Origin: Hormiphora californensis
Lineage: Eukaryota; Animalia; Ctenophora
Length of the DNA stretch: 64,000 bases
NCBI GenBank assembly: GCA_020137815.1
Contig: CM035351.1
Coordinates: forward strand, 8,618,001 to 8,682,000
Reading direction: 5' to 3'
How positions within the stretch are numbered: the stretch's first letter is position 1; each line of letters starts with the position of its first letter. A program made the translations under genes and the position numbers. Positions 50,701 to 64,000 of this stretch are shown one piece after another. Below the pieces are notes generated by a model. That model worked only from the letters and a program-made list of their open reading frames with translations, was not told the DNA's origin and made no database searches.

Positions 50701-53700
50701 CTCAAGAAAACTGTGACACACTCATGGCACACATCACACACACGTTACACACACAAACAAACTATTAGATCACACCTATCACACGTCCTGACTGCTGAGT
50801 GTCCTGATCAGTGTCCTGACTGATGAAGCTCTCTTATTAACAGTTTCAATCTCAATCTTCAGTCTCCCTCTCTTCTGCATCCTCATTTTCCCAAAGATTC
50901 CTCCTCGCAGGACAGAAAGGTCTGGTATTAGAACAGGGCCACTTTGAGCTCTCTATCTTTCTCCAATGATTCCTTGCCACAGTTGCTAGAGTACCATCTT
51001 CCATGTCCGCCTGTTCGCTGACCTCTGCTCCACCTTCCTCTAAGTCACTCTCATCAGTCTCTAAAACACCCTCTTGTTGGCTAGAATCGTTTTCTTCGCT
51101 AGAATCCTCTTCCCCACCGCCCTCTTCCCCACAAGAGTCCTTTTCGTCACTCTCATCTTGTATAGCTGCCATTAGTTTACAGCTAGATTCTGCGTCGGTG
51201 GTCAACTCAACAGCCTCTGCTAGTAGAGATAGTGTATCTACGGTACAGAGTGTGAAATTGAAGTTATCCAGCCAGTATTTGAGAAGTGGGATTGAGTGCT
51301 GTATCATCATCATAGTAAGAGTCTGCTGCATGAACTCATTAACTAGATTGTACTCCACTACCATTGACATAACAAGATCCAGATGAGATCGCTTTGTTGT
51401 TTCCACTAGTAACCGAGAAATCCGGAACATAAATTTGGTTTGGTTTTCCGGAACACGAGAAAGAAGGTAGTCCAATAAGCGCCTATCTGAGTACTTGACC
51501 GCTGAGTCCAGTGCGAGAATAGCGAAGATCCAATAGGTACCAAAATCAGTCGCTTGTTTGGGGATATTTCTTTTATAGAATTCAAGGCATCCACTCTTTG
51601 CCCATTCAACTTTGAATACAGACACCATTTTCACAAAATCGCTAAAAACTTTGAACTCAGTGGCATCTAATAGCATTTCCAGGGTCCCTGTGTAGCAGGC
51701 ATCAGCGAAAATTCGAACAGATTCCGGTTGAAAGTCAGATACATCGTGATCAAGCTCTCCCTCTTCCTCAATGATATTTTTTAGAACTGGGGAGTTTCGG
51801 GATAAAATGTAAGAGTTTAGAGGGATCGTACTACCATCCTGTAGACTGAAACTGATGTTTCCATGAGCGGGGAGAGATAGGAACTCTCTCCCAAAGTCAA
51901 CCCCCTTCGGAAATTCTGGCTCGCACAAAAATTGACTGATTCGTGTATCAAAAATGTAACCACTGAATTTTTCGCTAATTTCCCCTTCAAAAGAAATACG
52001 TTTCCCCTAAGTCTCCTGTTCTTGTTTCAACTGAATTTGGCCCTCGTACGGTGATTATAACCGCTCCGCTCGGAATTGTCTCGATTTGACTATTTAAGTT
52101 CATCTTCATTACCCAAAACATTAAACCTTCGTCATCTTTTTTACCTTTCGCTACCCAAGTCGAGTTATTTGTTTCGTGGCTGGTGGTTGTAGTATCCCGA
52201 TCCGACAAGAGGAAATCATCTACCATTCGATGGAAAATCACCACATTAGGTGTTGCTTGAGCTACAGTGGGTTTTCCAAGGTAAATTTCCTCGATCGTAA
52301 TCCTAGTTTCGAACGTGAACTTTCCATCTTTGTCTTGGTCTTTCAAAAGCTCAAATTTGTTGACTGTGTGGCAACTTGAAAACTTACTTTTATGCATGGT
52401 GGTGCTATTTCCTCCAGAGGTAGTCAAGGTACAAGATGCTATACACATCCACTCATCCGTTGATTGTGTAGGCGCACAGCTAAGAAATGGCAAAACTTGA
52501 ACTTTACCATTTTTATGTTCATTTGTAGAATAGAGAACAATCCAGTTAAACCCTTGAAAGGTGTAAGGTGTTCTTGTGTACAAATACTGAACCTGGCCCT
52601 GAAGAAGATACACAGTCCGCTATAAAAGTTGTAGTAGCTGACATTATTTGTCTAGAGGAAAGCAAGAATATCATAATTTGCAATTGTAGAATAAGAAAAT
52701 CACAAAAACTAAAAACTGCCCAAATATCAGGACTTTATTTGCGTGTGTCTAGATCTGAGCTAATGTAACATAAATAAAGCTGTACCTCAGATATATTTTT
52801 CTTCCTACACAATAAATATCATGTGAAACCTTAGCTTTTAGTACCTCTTGCCTCTCACACGCATGGAAGAAACAAATGAACCTTCACACTGCTTCCATCT
52901 CGATTAAAATTACAGCTCACTTATTTCTCTAATGTTATACTAATACTTATGTATATCAGAAAACTTATATTAGATACCAGAAAACTCATCGATCACAGGA
53001 TACTTTTGAAAGATTTAGAACACATAATTCCAGGTATTGATATTCAACCTGAGCACAAAGTCGTGGATGGTTATTCAAAACAGAAAGCCCTCCCCAATGT
53101 ACGAAATGCTGAGCGGAATGACTCTTGATAATAAGGTATGTTACACTGTCATGCTAGTAGCACTGTGTGTATTGTTTTGTGAGGTCCATCAGCTTCTATT
53201 AATTCTATCAGTATGTAGGGTTGCGACTGGCTATTTGAAATGGCGGCTAATTTGAAACACCCCCTCTACAGGCCAGCAGGTGCACCAGATTTGGATTTTT
53301 AGACATCAGTGGGCCTGGCATGAGTTCTGAATAGGCCACTAATGTCTAAAAATCCAAATCTGGTGCACCTGCTGCCCTGACGCCCTGTAGAGGGGGTGTT
53401 TCAAATTAGCCACCATTTCAAACAGCCAGTCGCTACCCTACCTATTTGCATTTTTTTCATGACTTCATCGTTCCTATATCTGTCACCCCCCACCTCATCA
53501 TGTGAACCCTGTCAGGCAATTGCCTGACTATTTGCGTGTTCATTGGTAAAACAACAATGAACATGCCGAGTATTTGTTCGCTCCTTTCTTCCCTCAGTCA
53601 TAAACTAACCCTCTCCCAGATCTATACGGTATCCCATTCGTGTACGGGTAGTGACAGCATAGCGAAGATGGAATACTTTGATCTAGAGGACAACACGTGG

Positions 53701-53906
53701 AAGAAATCAATTAACTTAAAGTAATTAACACCCTTGTTACTATTTGAGAACACAGATCAATAACATGATCAGTAAATTATATTTCCTAATTAATTACACA
53801 ACTCCTTATCCACCCACCCTTCAGATATGAGATCCCATCACAGTGCCTGGAGTACGGGTTGACAATTGGATCTCTGCAAATCAAAGCACCCAGCCTGCGG
53901 GAGTAA
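38744..53906 (+). CDS. Divergent BTB-BACK-Kelch-like protein; many small exons over ~15 kb
   Basis: DLVLRVGEMEFKTHR..|YFQAMF..ESQMEEVTL..FYTG (BTB); CENYI..SNVF..F..LS (BACK); Kelch-like MYIFG, LVLMGG, YFDLEDNTWK; joining of the distal exons is inferred. Confidence 0.7.
39261..39770 (+). repeat. Minisatellite of 12 x ~38-45 bp made from a splice acceptor plus exon start
   Basis: Unit (C)nTCCCAG|RTACTTCCAGGCTATGTTTGGTAACCAAAT. Confidence 0.92.
42470..42741. mobile_element. MITE with TA flanks
   Basis: TIRs TAGTCGAATTTTTTAATCAAGGGACAGGGG / CCCCTGTCCCTTGATTAAAAAATTCGACTA. Confidence 0.85.
43071..43881. mobile_element. hAT-type non-autonomous element
   Basis: TIRs TAGGGTGTGCTATTT / AAATAGCACACCCTA; 8-bp TSD CTGTTCAG. 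Confidence 0.9.
45528..50783 (-). mobile_element. Full-length Ty1/Copia LTR retrotransposon (GalEa-like)
   Basis: 359-bp TG..CA LTRs at 45528-45886 and 50425-50783; 5-bp TSD CGTCC; PBS TGGTAGCAGC at 50414-50423(-); PPT 45887-45907. Confidence 0.95.
46169..50401 (-). CDS. Single Gag-Pol polyprotein: Gag CCHC, protease, integrase, RT, RNase H
   Basis: CFNCRKPGHVASNC; ILDTGA; HRYFAH..CQQC; DLK..SDNGGEF..E; KARLVARGF..LYGL..HVDD; FTDAS..AAE..TDS..ADILTK. Confidence 0.95.
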   Translation of the reverse strand: MPSDIHPPSFNAELPFDAYRRDVLLWIAGTTCPVKSQAARLAYVLTGSAKEHALGLEIAKLQTEDGVSYLLGSLEKVFGRDKTASLFTAIERFERFVRPADQPIPEFISEFSTRLNELKQRCEVETQDAIYGSQILAYRLLEQANLTPEQKRLLRATCPNIRLEDMIQSMKRTFGANLPESNGAVSNSEKTETESLTLIVCFNCRKPGHVASNCLKKNSARKESKYGGSGGSRGNRGGRGGGRQHGVFKMVVGTEYILSLTEQCGLRAILDTGAAISVCGANWLRKFESESCIRCKRETVSERHFTFGDSKSVTSKSIAYIPTDIFGVSCDEVPVFVLDLNIPPLLSRALLSERGAVIDFGNDVLQVSGKQTQLHLTDSGHVTIDLNSKLSPTTLLTSSDSGTTSPRKIAQKLHRYFAHGSTAKIQEVAKSSNHPNKEEICRELHQVALECQQCMEHQRSKPRRKVALPLGNTFNECVAMDLKMLKFSSGESKWTIHIIDTLTRYSVMVPIENKSAEECVQKFFTCWISIFGRPKRILSDNGGEFTNEVILEMASRLDIDLKATPAESPWCNGLTERHNGILGDMVVKTRDDTGCTIPVACAWSSNAKNQLSNQMGFSPHQLVFGTAPTFPHVLDSEECLPAHGGNAHGDELVVKNLQAMKTARLKFIELENSSRLKRALNSAGPTQDQHTYVQGDKVFYKREAHKTWLGPATVVGMIDNNVLIKHGGALLRAHPCKVRLVHERKDQNQRTVPNSRLALGDSSEEDEPEDRPTEPKVQKKKPKKKKTKVAPPARDFGLRSKTHRDTPAATHPVSDSESEHTVIEVTKNGNAVEEESQSGSVQENNVPESEQPPNPDNPVEEVSQESGSAPEINVPESEQLQNLDDHVEQKQVLLPETTDPREDSPRKPPDDQEPFSPEHDEILLAASKMGKEEVQLARRKEIDKLEEFKAFEEVPDTGQDRVSTRWVITRKDDGTVKARLVARGFEEKLEDQTQSPTVTKYAVRTLLSLSTTTNWNLKSVDVASAYLQSDTMSREVYVKPPNSMRKQGVLWKLLKPLYGLGDAGRKWYFSLSATLKKTLRQSKIDKNVFFTIGDDGKLEGLLVVHVDDILMTGDHNFFAKVEPALNSYKIGRVEITDFNYLGWQVKQQGNNIFVTQQQYCNYVRDSMMEKLNSVKPVPQNSEEVDDNLQSLMRTVIGKLNWLATQTMPQICFSLLDITTTSPWTGKQFKELKKIVKNLSPTKITFSPIFHTNANISVFTDASLGNLHDKKTGEGVILFWGDPQTETGDNSHANLIAYSSNKVKRVVKSVYAAELYAVSDGLGYAILIQSFLRELTFDPGIKIFTDSKQVVDSANKVSSTPEDKSTILTLREVQERIERGEVTVSWIQSKLNPADILTKRGVNPDVINGML
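50852..52644 (-). CDS. MATH-like plus BTB/POZ protein, intronless, nested antisense in a Kelch-gene intron; frameshifted (error or pseudogene)
   Basis: ATG 52644 after ttcctctag; YTFQGFNWIV..LSC..WMC (MATH-like); frameshifts near 52570 and 52005; ISFSLQDG..NSYILSRNSPVL..ACYTG (BTB); acidic tail. Confidence 0.65.
53216..53440. mobile_element. Small palindromic MITE in an intron
   Basis: TAGGGTTGCGACTGGCT ... AGCCAGTCGCTACCCTA; near-complete fold-back. Confidence 0.8.
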
Positions 53907-55230
53907 GAATAAGACACTAGTTTCAATAAGTGGTGGAATATATTTTTACATTTTGACTTTTACTACGTTTATACTTCATGATGCTATCTTTTATCTAGAA
54001 TAGGTGTATTTTAGTTTTTATTTTTACTTATTTCGGAACGTTTTTAGTTAGCCAAGTGTTTGCTGTTTACGGAGTGGTTGAAAACAATTTGTATAGCAAT
54101 GCTGATACACTTTTACTTTTACTTTTACATACAATATATGTATGAATTGAGTTAAAGGGGTTTTACATTTATTTGTGTTCAATTTACAATGTTAAACTGT
54201 ATTTGTAATTTTCACCTGTAGAATATTATATGTATTTATAATCTTAAATTTAAATGAGGACGTAATAGTATTTAAATATAATTCTAAACTTGAGTTTTGA
54301 TGTTTTTGTAGTTGCACTTGCACTTGCATTGCAATTTGTATTCAACTAAAAGGAAAGTGTGTGAGGCTATATAAAAATGTCATGTTAATTATTAATTAAT
54401 GTAGCTTATAAGTGAAAGACACTGAGACTGCAGTCTCATGAGATGCGTTATGAGAGTGCAAGTGAGATTTCAAATCCGATTTGTAATACAAATTGTAAGA
54501 CTTTTACTAAGAGAAATATTAGCCATTACCTGGCATTTTATTATTGTCCATTTATTTAATTAATCGTGTCATAAGCGTATAGCTTAAAGTATTTATTTTA
54601 CAAGCAATCTTTGCGTTATGAGCATTTCCAAAATGATTTTAGATTCATTTAAATTGACCAAGACACTATTTATATTTACGTTTACGCGCGAATAATTTGT
54701 GTGAACGATGCAAAACGCGCCGCGCAGTAAAATGAAAACTTAACGCGCGCGCGAGCTAAAAATAAATAAATAAAAAAGTCTGCCGCGATAGGGATCCCTA
54801 AAGTCCATTTTTATTCAACTGTTCACCCCTCAACTCGTGCGCGTGCGATATTTTAATTTACGCTGCGCGCGCTACACGTTAACATGTGATAAACGCGCAA
54901 AACAATTCCGCGCACGACTTTGGGGGGTGAACAGTTGAAAAAAAAATGGACATTAAAGGAAAACGTTAAAATCTGGGTGCCTTTCATTGCTAACAATTCG
55001 TAGTTTTAGCGCGCGCGACGGGTTAGGGCTATCCGTTAGGGTCTGGTTAGGGTTTGGTTTGGGGTTATCGGTTGGGGCTATCGATTCTCTATCAGTTACC
55101 GTTTAGTTTACTCAAATTGGCCATGTGGTTGCGTGGCTATAGCCGTTTGAAAAAAGTCGGTCTAAGTATACTCTTTTGGCAGCGCGCACCTGTAAACAGG
55201 CTGCAAGGCACCCAGATTATAATCGCGCCC

Positions 55231-55961
55231 ATCCCTAAAAAAGTTCAGTATTTACACAGAGTTTAAAGTCGGATTTTTTGAAACTGTCACCCCCTGAAAT
55301 AACAAAATTTGCCATATCTCCGGTTCCTGATAAGATAGAGACTTGAAATTTGGAGGTTCGGAAGAACTTAGCAAGATCTTCGTAACCTCCAAATTTCAAG
55401 TCTCTATCTCGTCAGGAACCGGATTTATGGTCATTTACGAAATTTGAAAATACCCAGGGGGGTGACAGTTTCAAAAAATCCGACTTTACACAGTCTTTAC
55501 TCAGTCGTTACACCCAGAGCGGCGCGTGCTGCGCACAGTGGCTTTTTCCAAGAAAATATTGGATTGTGTGCTGCACAATTGACAAAATTGAGCGCTGCGG
55601 CGAAAAAAGTTTCCGAAAACGCTGCAAATCGAGTGCGAAAGACGCAGTCGTTACACCCAGAGCGGCGCGGGCGCTCTGGGTGTAACGACTGAGTAAAGAC
55701 TGTGTAAAGTCGGATTTTTTGAAACTGTCACCCCCCTGAGTTTTCAAATTTCTTTAAATGACCATAAGTCCGGTTCCTGATGAGATAGAGACTTGAAATT
55801 TGGAGGTTATAAAGATCTTGCTAAGTTCTTCCGAACCTCCAAATTTCAAGTCTCTTTCTTATCAGGAACCAGAGATATGACAAATTTGTTATTTCAGGGG
55901 GGTGACAGTTTCAAAAAATCCGACTTTAAACTCTGTGTAAATACTGAACTTTTTTAGGGAT
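55231..55961. mobile_element. Palindromic non-autonomous element
   Basis: Inverted arms of ~300 bp, ATCCCTAAAAAAGTTCAGTATTTACACAGAG ... CTCTGTGTAAATACTGAACTTTTTTAGGGAT. Confidence 0.8.
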
Positions 55962-57440
55962 CCCTATTCAGTTTTTCGCGTTTTTTCGCCGAAACCTCGA
56001 AAGTCAAAAAAGTAAAAACTTTCTGTTCTCTCCCTTTACTAATTACTTAAGGCCAATATCGGTCGACCCAACGTTTTTCGGTTGTTAGGACATAAAGGAT
56101 ACGTGTTAAGGCGAACTTTTGATTTTTATGAGGAACTTTAACCAATTTTTCGCTAATTTACGGTCATCGCCTGTAAAATTTGAAATTTACCATTGTTTAA
56201 TGTTTTGAATAATAATGATGATAATGTTTTGAATATAATCTCCCAACATAACAACGGGAATAAGAGGTAGAAATGTTTTGCTCATCAATAAATGATACTC
56301 AATCATATTAATCGGGAGAAATTGCTTTCAACTGCTCGAAAACATTTGGTTGCATTCTTGCGGCCGCTGCTGAGCTGTGTCGCCTAGTTATTTTCTAACA
56401 CCCGGTGCGTGGTGAGACAGGCGAGTGTCACCTAAGCCATTGAGAAATTTTCATCCATATAATAATTTCCAAAATGTTAGTCCGATAATTGTTTTCTCCC
56501 TACTCCTCCTACAGTTTTTGAGCTAGACCCCTGAAAATTTGTACATTGGTACTTTGGACCAAGGCGGGTGTAAGTACGGGCTCAGATTTTTGATCCGATC
56601 TTTACAACAGTGACGTCACGGGGTGACGTCATTGCGACAAAAAGACTTACATTTTTCAAACGCTTCTAAGACCCTGAAAACGGCTCTAAATCAAAAAACT
56701 AACGCAATAGTGGGGAAAGAGAATCGTTTGAACTTCATTTTACCTGAAAGCGATTTCCCGTAACTCAATGTTTAAGGGTCGTAAATCGCGTCGGGAAAGT
56801 TAAAAATGCCAAAAATGCGATATTTTTCACCGTAGCCACCCAAAATCTTATCCAATCGATATGAAACTTGGTCGGTATGTGAATTTTAATGTCCTTTGGC
56901 CAGGGGTTCCCGGAAAACGGGTTGGCAAGATGAGAACTGACCGGAGTTCTTATAATTCACGAATTTGAAATTTTTCGTCGACTTTTTTTTGCGACATAAA
57001 ACGCGAGGAAATTTTCAATGAATTTTAAAATTTTACACTGCGCGCGTAATTTTAGGTTCCGCGCGGCGTAAAAAAGCAGCGCTTTTTTGGGAAAATTCGC
57101 GTGTTACAGTAAATGATTTACCCGCCTCGCCATTTTTTTCAAAAACCCAATGTGTATGATAGTAGGAGCGGTTAGATCACCACGTGGTTAAAGTCACGTG
57201 CCACCCCTTTTTGCGCATTGTCATAGGCCATAGCTCGGGTACTCTAGTATTCATAAATTCTTATTTTCGGCAGAATCATTCCTGTGAGAAACGTTGAAGT
57301 AGTATTACACACTCTTAATATAACACTTAGGTTTGATCTTCGAGACTCGAGAGAGTTATGAAAGATATTTCCAGTCCACATTTTAGTAAATTAACACAAC
57401 TTCCTTTAATTTAGGATGTGATGTCCATTGTGATGATTAG

Positions 57441-59794
<2,354 letters not shown>

Positions 59795-60646
59795 GTAAGT
59801 TTTGAAAGAAAGATGCAGTAGATGCGGTCAAATCCTAAGTATTTTATTGTGAATTAGTCTTGATTTATGTGGAGCTTAGAGGAGGAAAGATATTAAATCC
59901 ATTTTAGTCTATACTAGGCCAAACGTCAACCAAAATCACCCAACTTAATTCTCCAGCTTTTAATTCCAGCTTTTATTATATCTCTCTCCCTCTCTCTCCT
60001 TTATTCATTTCCTTCCTAAGAACCTCCTTTACGTCAGCAGCACTCCAGACCTAGAGTCTCCTGTCTGTATTTGTTCTGTGTGTGTATATTATTTTGGACA
60101 CATCACCTGTGTGTAACGTACTACACTCACATCACATCTAGGTACAGCCTATATTTTAGTGCATACAAACATGGTGTTCAGACATTGTTTTTTGACACAG
60201 TATGAACAATGAACAGTATGTTCAACTATCATGGAACGAGGAATTAAAAACGTAACAGGGGCCGGGCTGGAGTTATAGTAGGGTCTGGGTCAGCAGTTGG
60301 GAGAGGGCCGTGCATAAGGGAGAGGGATATAGTAATTATACCAAACTTTTAAATTGTAGTAGGTGCTCTATGGAATTGTAGTAGATGCTGCAGAATGCAG
60401 TGACATTAGCTGTGGGTATATTTTAGTAGATGTTGCGGAAATGAGAAGACAAGTCACAAGTTACATTCGTCGAGATCAATCTAACCCCAATCTAACGAAG
60501 TAGACACCTCTAAATTAATTTACTCAAAACTAATTAACTCAAAACTAAGCTGAACACCTGCCCTAATCTTAACAGTGCCAATGAAATTAAGAAGGTCGGC
60601 GGTCCTTTGTTTAAAAACTTCTCGAAAATCTAACATTTAAAAAACC

Positions 60647-62016
60647 ATGATTTTGTTTCTGCTGCTTTTGAGCTCATCCCGAGCCGGACCATCTGAGCTG
60701 CGAGCCCAGTTCTCCTCCTTTCTTGGGAGCTATGGTAACCACTACCCAGCTGCTGAAATGAGGCTCCGGTTCAGACTGTTCCAGGATGCTGTTACCCAGG
60801 TTGAGGAGCACAACTCCCAGTCCGAGAGATCTTGGACGATGGGTATCAACCAGTTTTCTGCCCTTACCCCTGCCGAGAGGGCCCAGTATACTGGACTGGG
60901 AAACGTCTCTGAGTCCCAGGATACCGGACTTGTAATGCCCCCTTCTGTTGGTTTCCGTAGCAACCCGGCATCCGTTGACAACGTTGCCCTTGGTTACGTT
61001 ACCAAGCCCAAAGATCAGAGGGGTTGTGGAAGTTGTTGGGCCTTTACTGCTACTGCCGCATTTGAGGGAGCGTATGCCCGGGCCACGGGAGTGCTGAAAA
61101 GTTTTAGTGAGAAGGAAGTACTGGATTGTACCTATGAGGGTACTGGAAAAGATGGGTGTAAAGGAGGGTGGTACGAGTATGCTTGGAGTTACATTGGACA
61201 TGGTCAGAGGCTCGCCAAACTATCTGATGCACCTTATGATTTTCCTAAAGATCGACCATGCAGGTAAACATCTTTTAAAATCTATTTAGACGCGGTAACC
61301 ATGGTAATCACAGTTCAAAACAGTCTAAAACATTCCAAAAATGAGCAATGAGCATCTAATAAACCTGTTACTCCAGGTACAAAGGAGTAGTACCAAACGG
61401 TATCAAGAATGCCAGGTATGTCAACTACTACACTGTGAAGCGGAACGACCAAGATCTAGAAGATGCCAGTGCGAGGGCTGTTGTCGCTGTTGCCATGGTA
61501 GTTGAGGATAGTTTCTATGGTTACGATAGCGGTATCTACGATGGATGCACGAGTAACAAAATAGTGGGCCACGCTGTAACCCTCGTTGGGTACGATCAGC
61601 AGTCCTGGAAGGTTCGAAACAGCTGGGGAAGGTACTGGGGTGAGGGTGGGTATGTCCGGTTTACCCGACGAAAGTACAATGTCTGCAGACTGAACTCCTA
61701 CGCCAAGTTCCCGGTTGTGGAGAGGCAGGACCGTGGTGAGGCTGACCAGGCTGACGACCCAAATAAAGAGAGGAGGAGGGAGCCCAATCATGGGTGTAGC
61801 TGGGGAGAGGAATACCCGTGTAGTGATCTAAACTGCAACTATGGGTGCAAGGATGGCACCTGTTGGAGTCAGTGTAATGCCATCTGTGGTATCACGGGTG
61901 CTGTGGAGAGGTGTGAGAACTGCAAGGAGTGGTGCTGGCAAGAGTCCAAATGTAGCAGTCACGAGGATTGTTATCAGTCCCGGTACAGTGGGTGTGCGGG
62001 GAGCTGTTCTGTTTAA
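60647..62016 (+). CDS. Papain-family (C1A, cathepsin L-like) cysteine protease with a Cys-rich C-terminal extension; exons 60647-61263 and 61377-62016
   Basis: Signal peptide; I29 prodomain (E..RF..F, GINQFS); DQRGCGSCWAF; GCKGG; GHAV; RNSWG. Confidence 0.93.
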
Positions 62017-62377
62017 AGATCAAATACCAAACAACATGTAATGGAGATAAGTTGCATTCTAAATTATTATCCTTCACACATTGAGTGCGTGTTTATATGA
62101 GTATACTCTAATTTTGATTCAACATGCACAGAAATACTTGAAATTGTATTACGGTGCATAATTATGTGTATGAAGTTGAAGAGTCGGAGGGGAGTCAGAC
62201 AGGCGAACCGACAGTATACTGGAATTTGATATACTCTGGCCTTCGGGAGGGAGGGAGGGAAAGAGCGAGAGATTTTATTTGGGAATCCATAGCAACAAAC
62301 CTCTCCCGCTCTCACCGTTGGTTTTCCACCATTCTTTCTTGTACGTCTCCAGTCTCTGTGTGCTTCGAACGGCATAG

Positions 62378-62382
<5 letters not shown>

Positions 62383-62448
<66 letters not shown>
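62383..62448. repeat. (CT)n microsatellite
   Basis: Direct reading. Confidence 0.95.
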
Positions 62449-62451
<3 letters not shown>

Positions 62452-63020
62452 CCTTTAGGTGTCAAGAAGAATCAGTCAGTGTTGCTCATGAGTCGCCATA
62501 TATGATAATGTGCATAAATTGTGTGATCCAGTGTATTTCAGTTGAAAAGTGCTTTGTACAAGGCGAGAAGAAAAGTAGGGGCACAGAAAGACGGAAAAGG
62601 GAGAAACGCTGAGAGAATTGTTTTTGTTGGTAGAGAGAGAGGGGGGAAGAGAGAGAGAAAGAAGAAGCCTCTCAGCGGTGTATGTGCGAGACACAGAAGC
62701 AAGAGGAAGAGAGAGAGAGAATAGAGACATATATAATAAATATATGCACAAACTCACACACACACAGTGGTACACACAGCAGTACAGCTAACCGACATAA
62801 AGTTGAACAAATTACTTCAATTACTGCACAGGTTGTGTCAGTTCCTTTGTCATGGTCCAGCAATCACTGCGTGTGTGTGTGATTGTTGGGTTGTTTCATC
62901 ATGTTTGGTTGGTAATCAATGCAGGAGAGAGGTAATCTAATACAGCTGGATTGGCGCCAACAGTCAACACCCCCCCCCCCCCCCCCCCCACTGCGGTAGA
63001 TCCCCTCCCCGAAGATGTGT

Positions 63021-63118
63021 TGTGTGGCTCACATTATGTTTCATATTCTGTGGCTCACTCTGCATTATGTTTCATATTCTGTGGCTCACTCTGCATTATG
63101 TTTCATATTCTGTGGCTC
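63021..63118. repeat. Short tandem repeat of ~31 bp, about 3 copies
   Basis: tgtggctcactctgcattatgtttcatattc units. Confidence 0.8.
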
Positions 63119-64000
63119 TTTGACGGTTCGGTAGATCTAGTATTATAGAGGGGTCGCCCCGGGTACACATAGCACACAATATGTCATATTGATTAGTGGT
63201 AACGAAATAAGGGGAACTGCCAACTGGTGAACCCGGATATGTCTACTGTTTGAACGTGAACATCTGAAGTAAAGGGAAAACCATGCGACAATATAACCGC
63301 AGCACACCCCGTGCCTGAACAAAGTTTAACCTCGGATGAAAAATGTCCCCTAAGCAGGCGCGGGGGAGGTGCAACAGCACAACCCTAAGCGGACTTCACT
63401 AGGGTACAACAACAACTAGGGTCTTCAGATAGGTATTTGGAGTGGAAAAATGTAATAAAACACCCCATTTTTTCGAGAAACTTTTTCTCTACATAGATTT
63501 TAAGATTGGTCGTTTTGACTGCCAAAAAGGCATTCAAAACCATGCTGTGAGCAAGAGCAGTATGTTGAGATAAGATGGAAAGTTGGGTGATATACTGACG
63601 GCAGTTATAGCCAATCAAATAATGAAACTATATCTGCACATCAATGTGTAGAATATTTCATCCATAGTGAATCGATCCTCACAGCATTAGTCATTGCGTC
63701 ATTCCTTGTTTGTTTGTTATGAGACGTCATAGGAACCTGATATTATAGATTTCTAATACTATACGTCACAACATTTTAATAGGATCAGTTTCATGATATT
63801 CCTTTTCCCCATTATGTGTGACGTCACGGGGAGAGAGATGAGAGTGAGAGTGAGGAGAGAAGAGAGAGAGAGAGAGAGTGAGAGAGAGTGCAGGTGTAGA
63901 GATGAAATGACGTAACGGTAGCACCTCATGGAGCTGACCTTCTTTGTATTATATGCACTGTCTAATTTTACTGTCTCAAAAGTAGTGCATTAGGACAGTA

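Noticed and set aside
54680-57150. Possible additional element(s) or ncRNA around the 55231-55961 palindrome
   Set aside because: Repeat-like composition, but I could not define termini, a TSD or an RNA structure

Overview
This is eukaryotic (animal) genomic DNA with short GT-AG introns and very dense genes. The style suggests a compact-genome early-branching marine invertebrate such as a ctenophore, but that is inference. A + strand run (ATP synthase subunit c, WDR76, YIPF3, BORCS8, MBTPS1, SMIM7, SNRNP35, MRPL38, a class A GPCR) converges on a - strand run (TBC1D15/17, RTCA, SPRTN, ZDHHC, GLRX5), and the last two CDSs overlap by 8 nt. Next come a BTB-BACK-Kelch gene, whose introns hold MITEs, an intact Copia LTR retrotransposon and a nested MATH/BTB gene, and then a NUAK-type kinase with a papain-family protease nested in one intron. 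Best leads: (1) two U12-type 5' splice-site motifs inside the U2-type intron 1 of the minor-spliceosome gene SNRNP35, a candidate autoregulatory switch; (2) a pyrimidine tract plus AG just before almost every start codon in tightly packed co-oriented runs, suggesting trans-spliced operons; (3) repeated tandem duplication of splice junctions, up to 12 copies. Several conserved genes carry single-base frameshifts that are probably assembly errors. Gene names come from recalled motifs, not database searches, and exon coordinates were read by eye.
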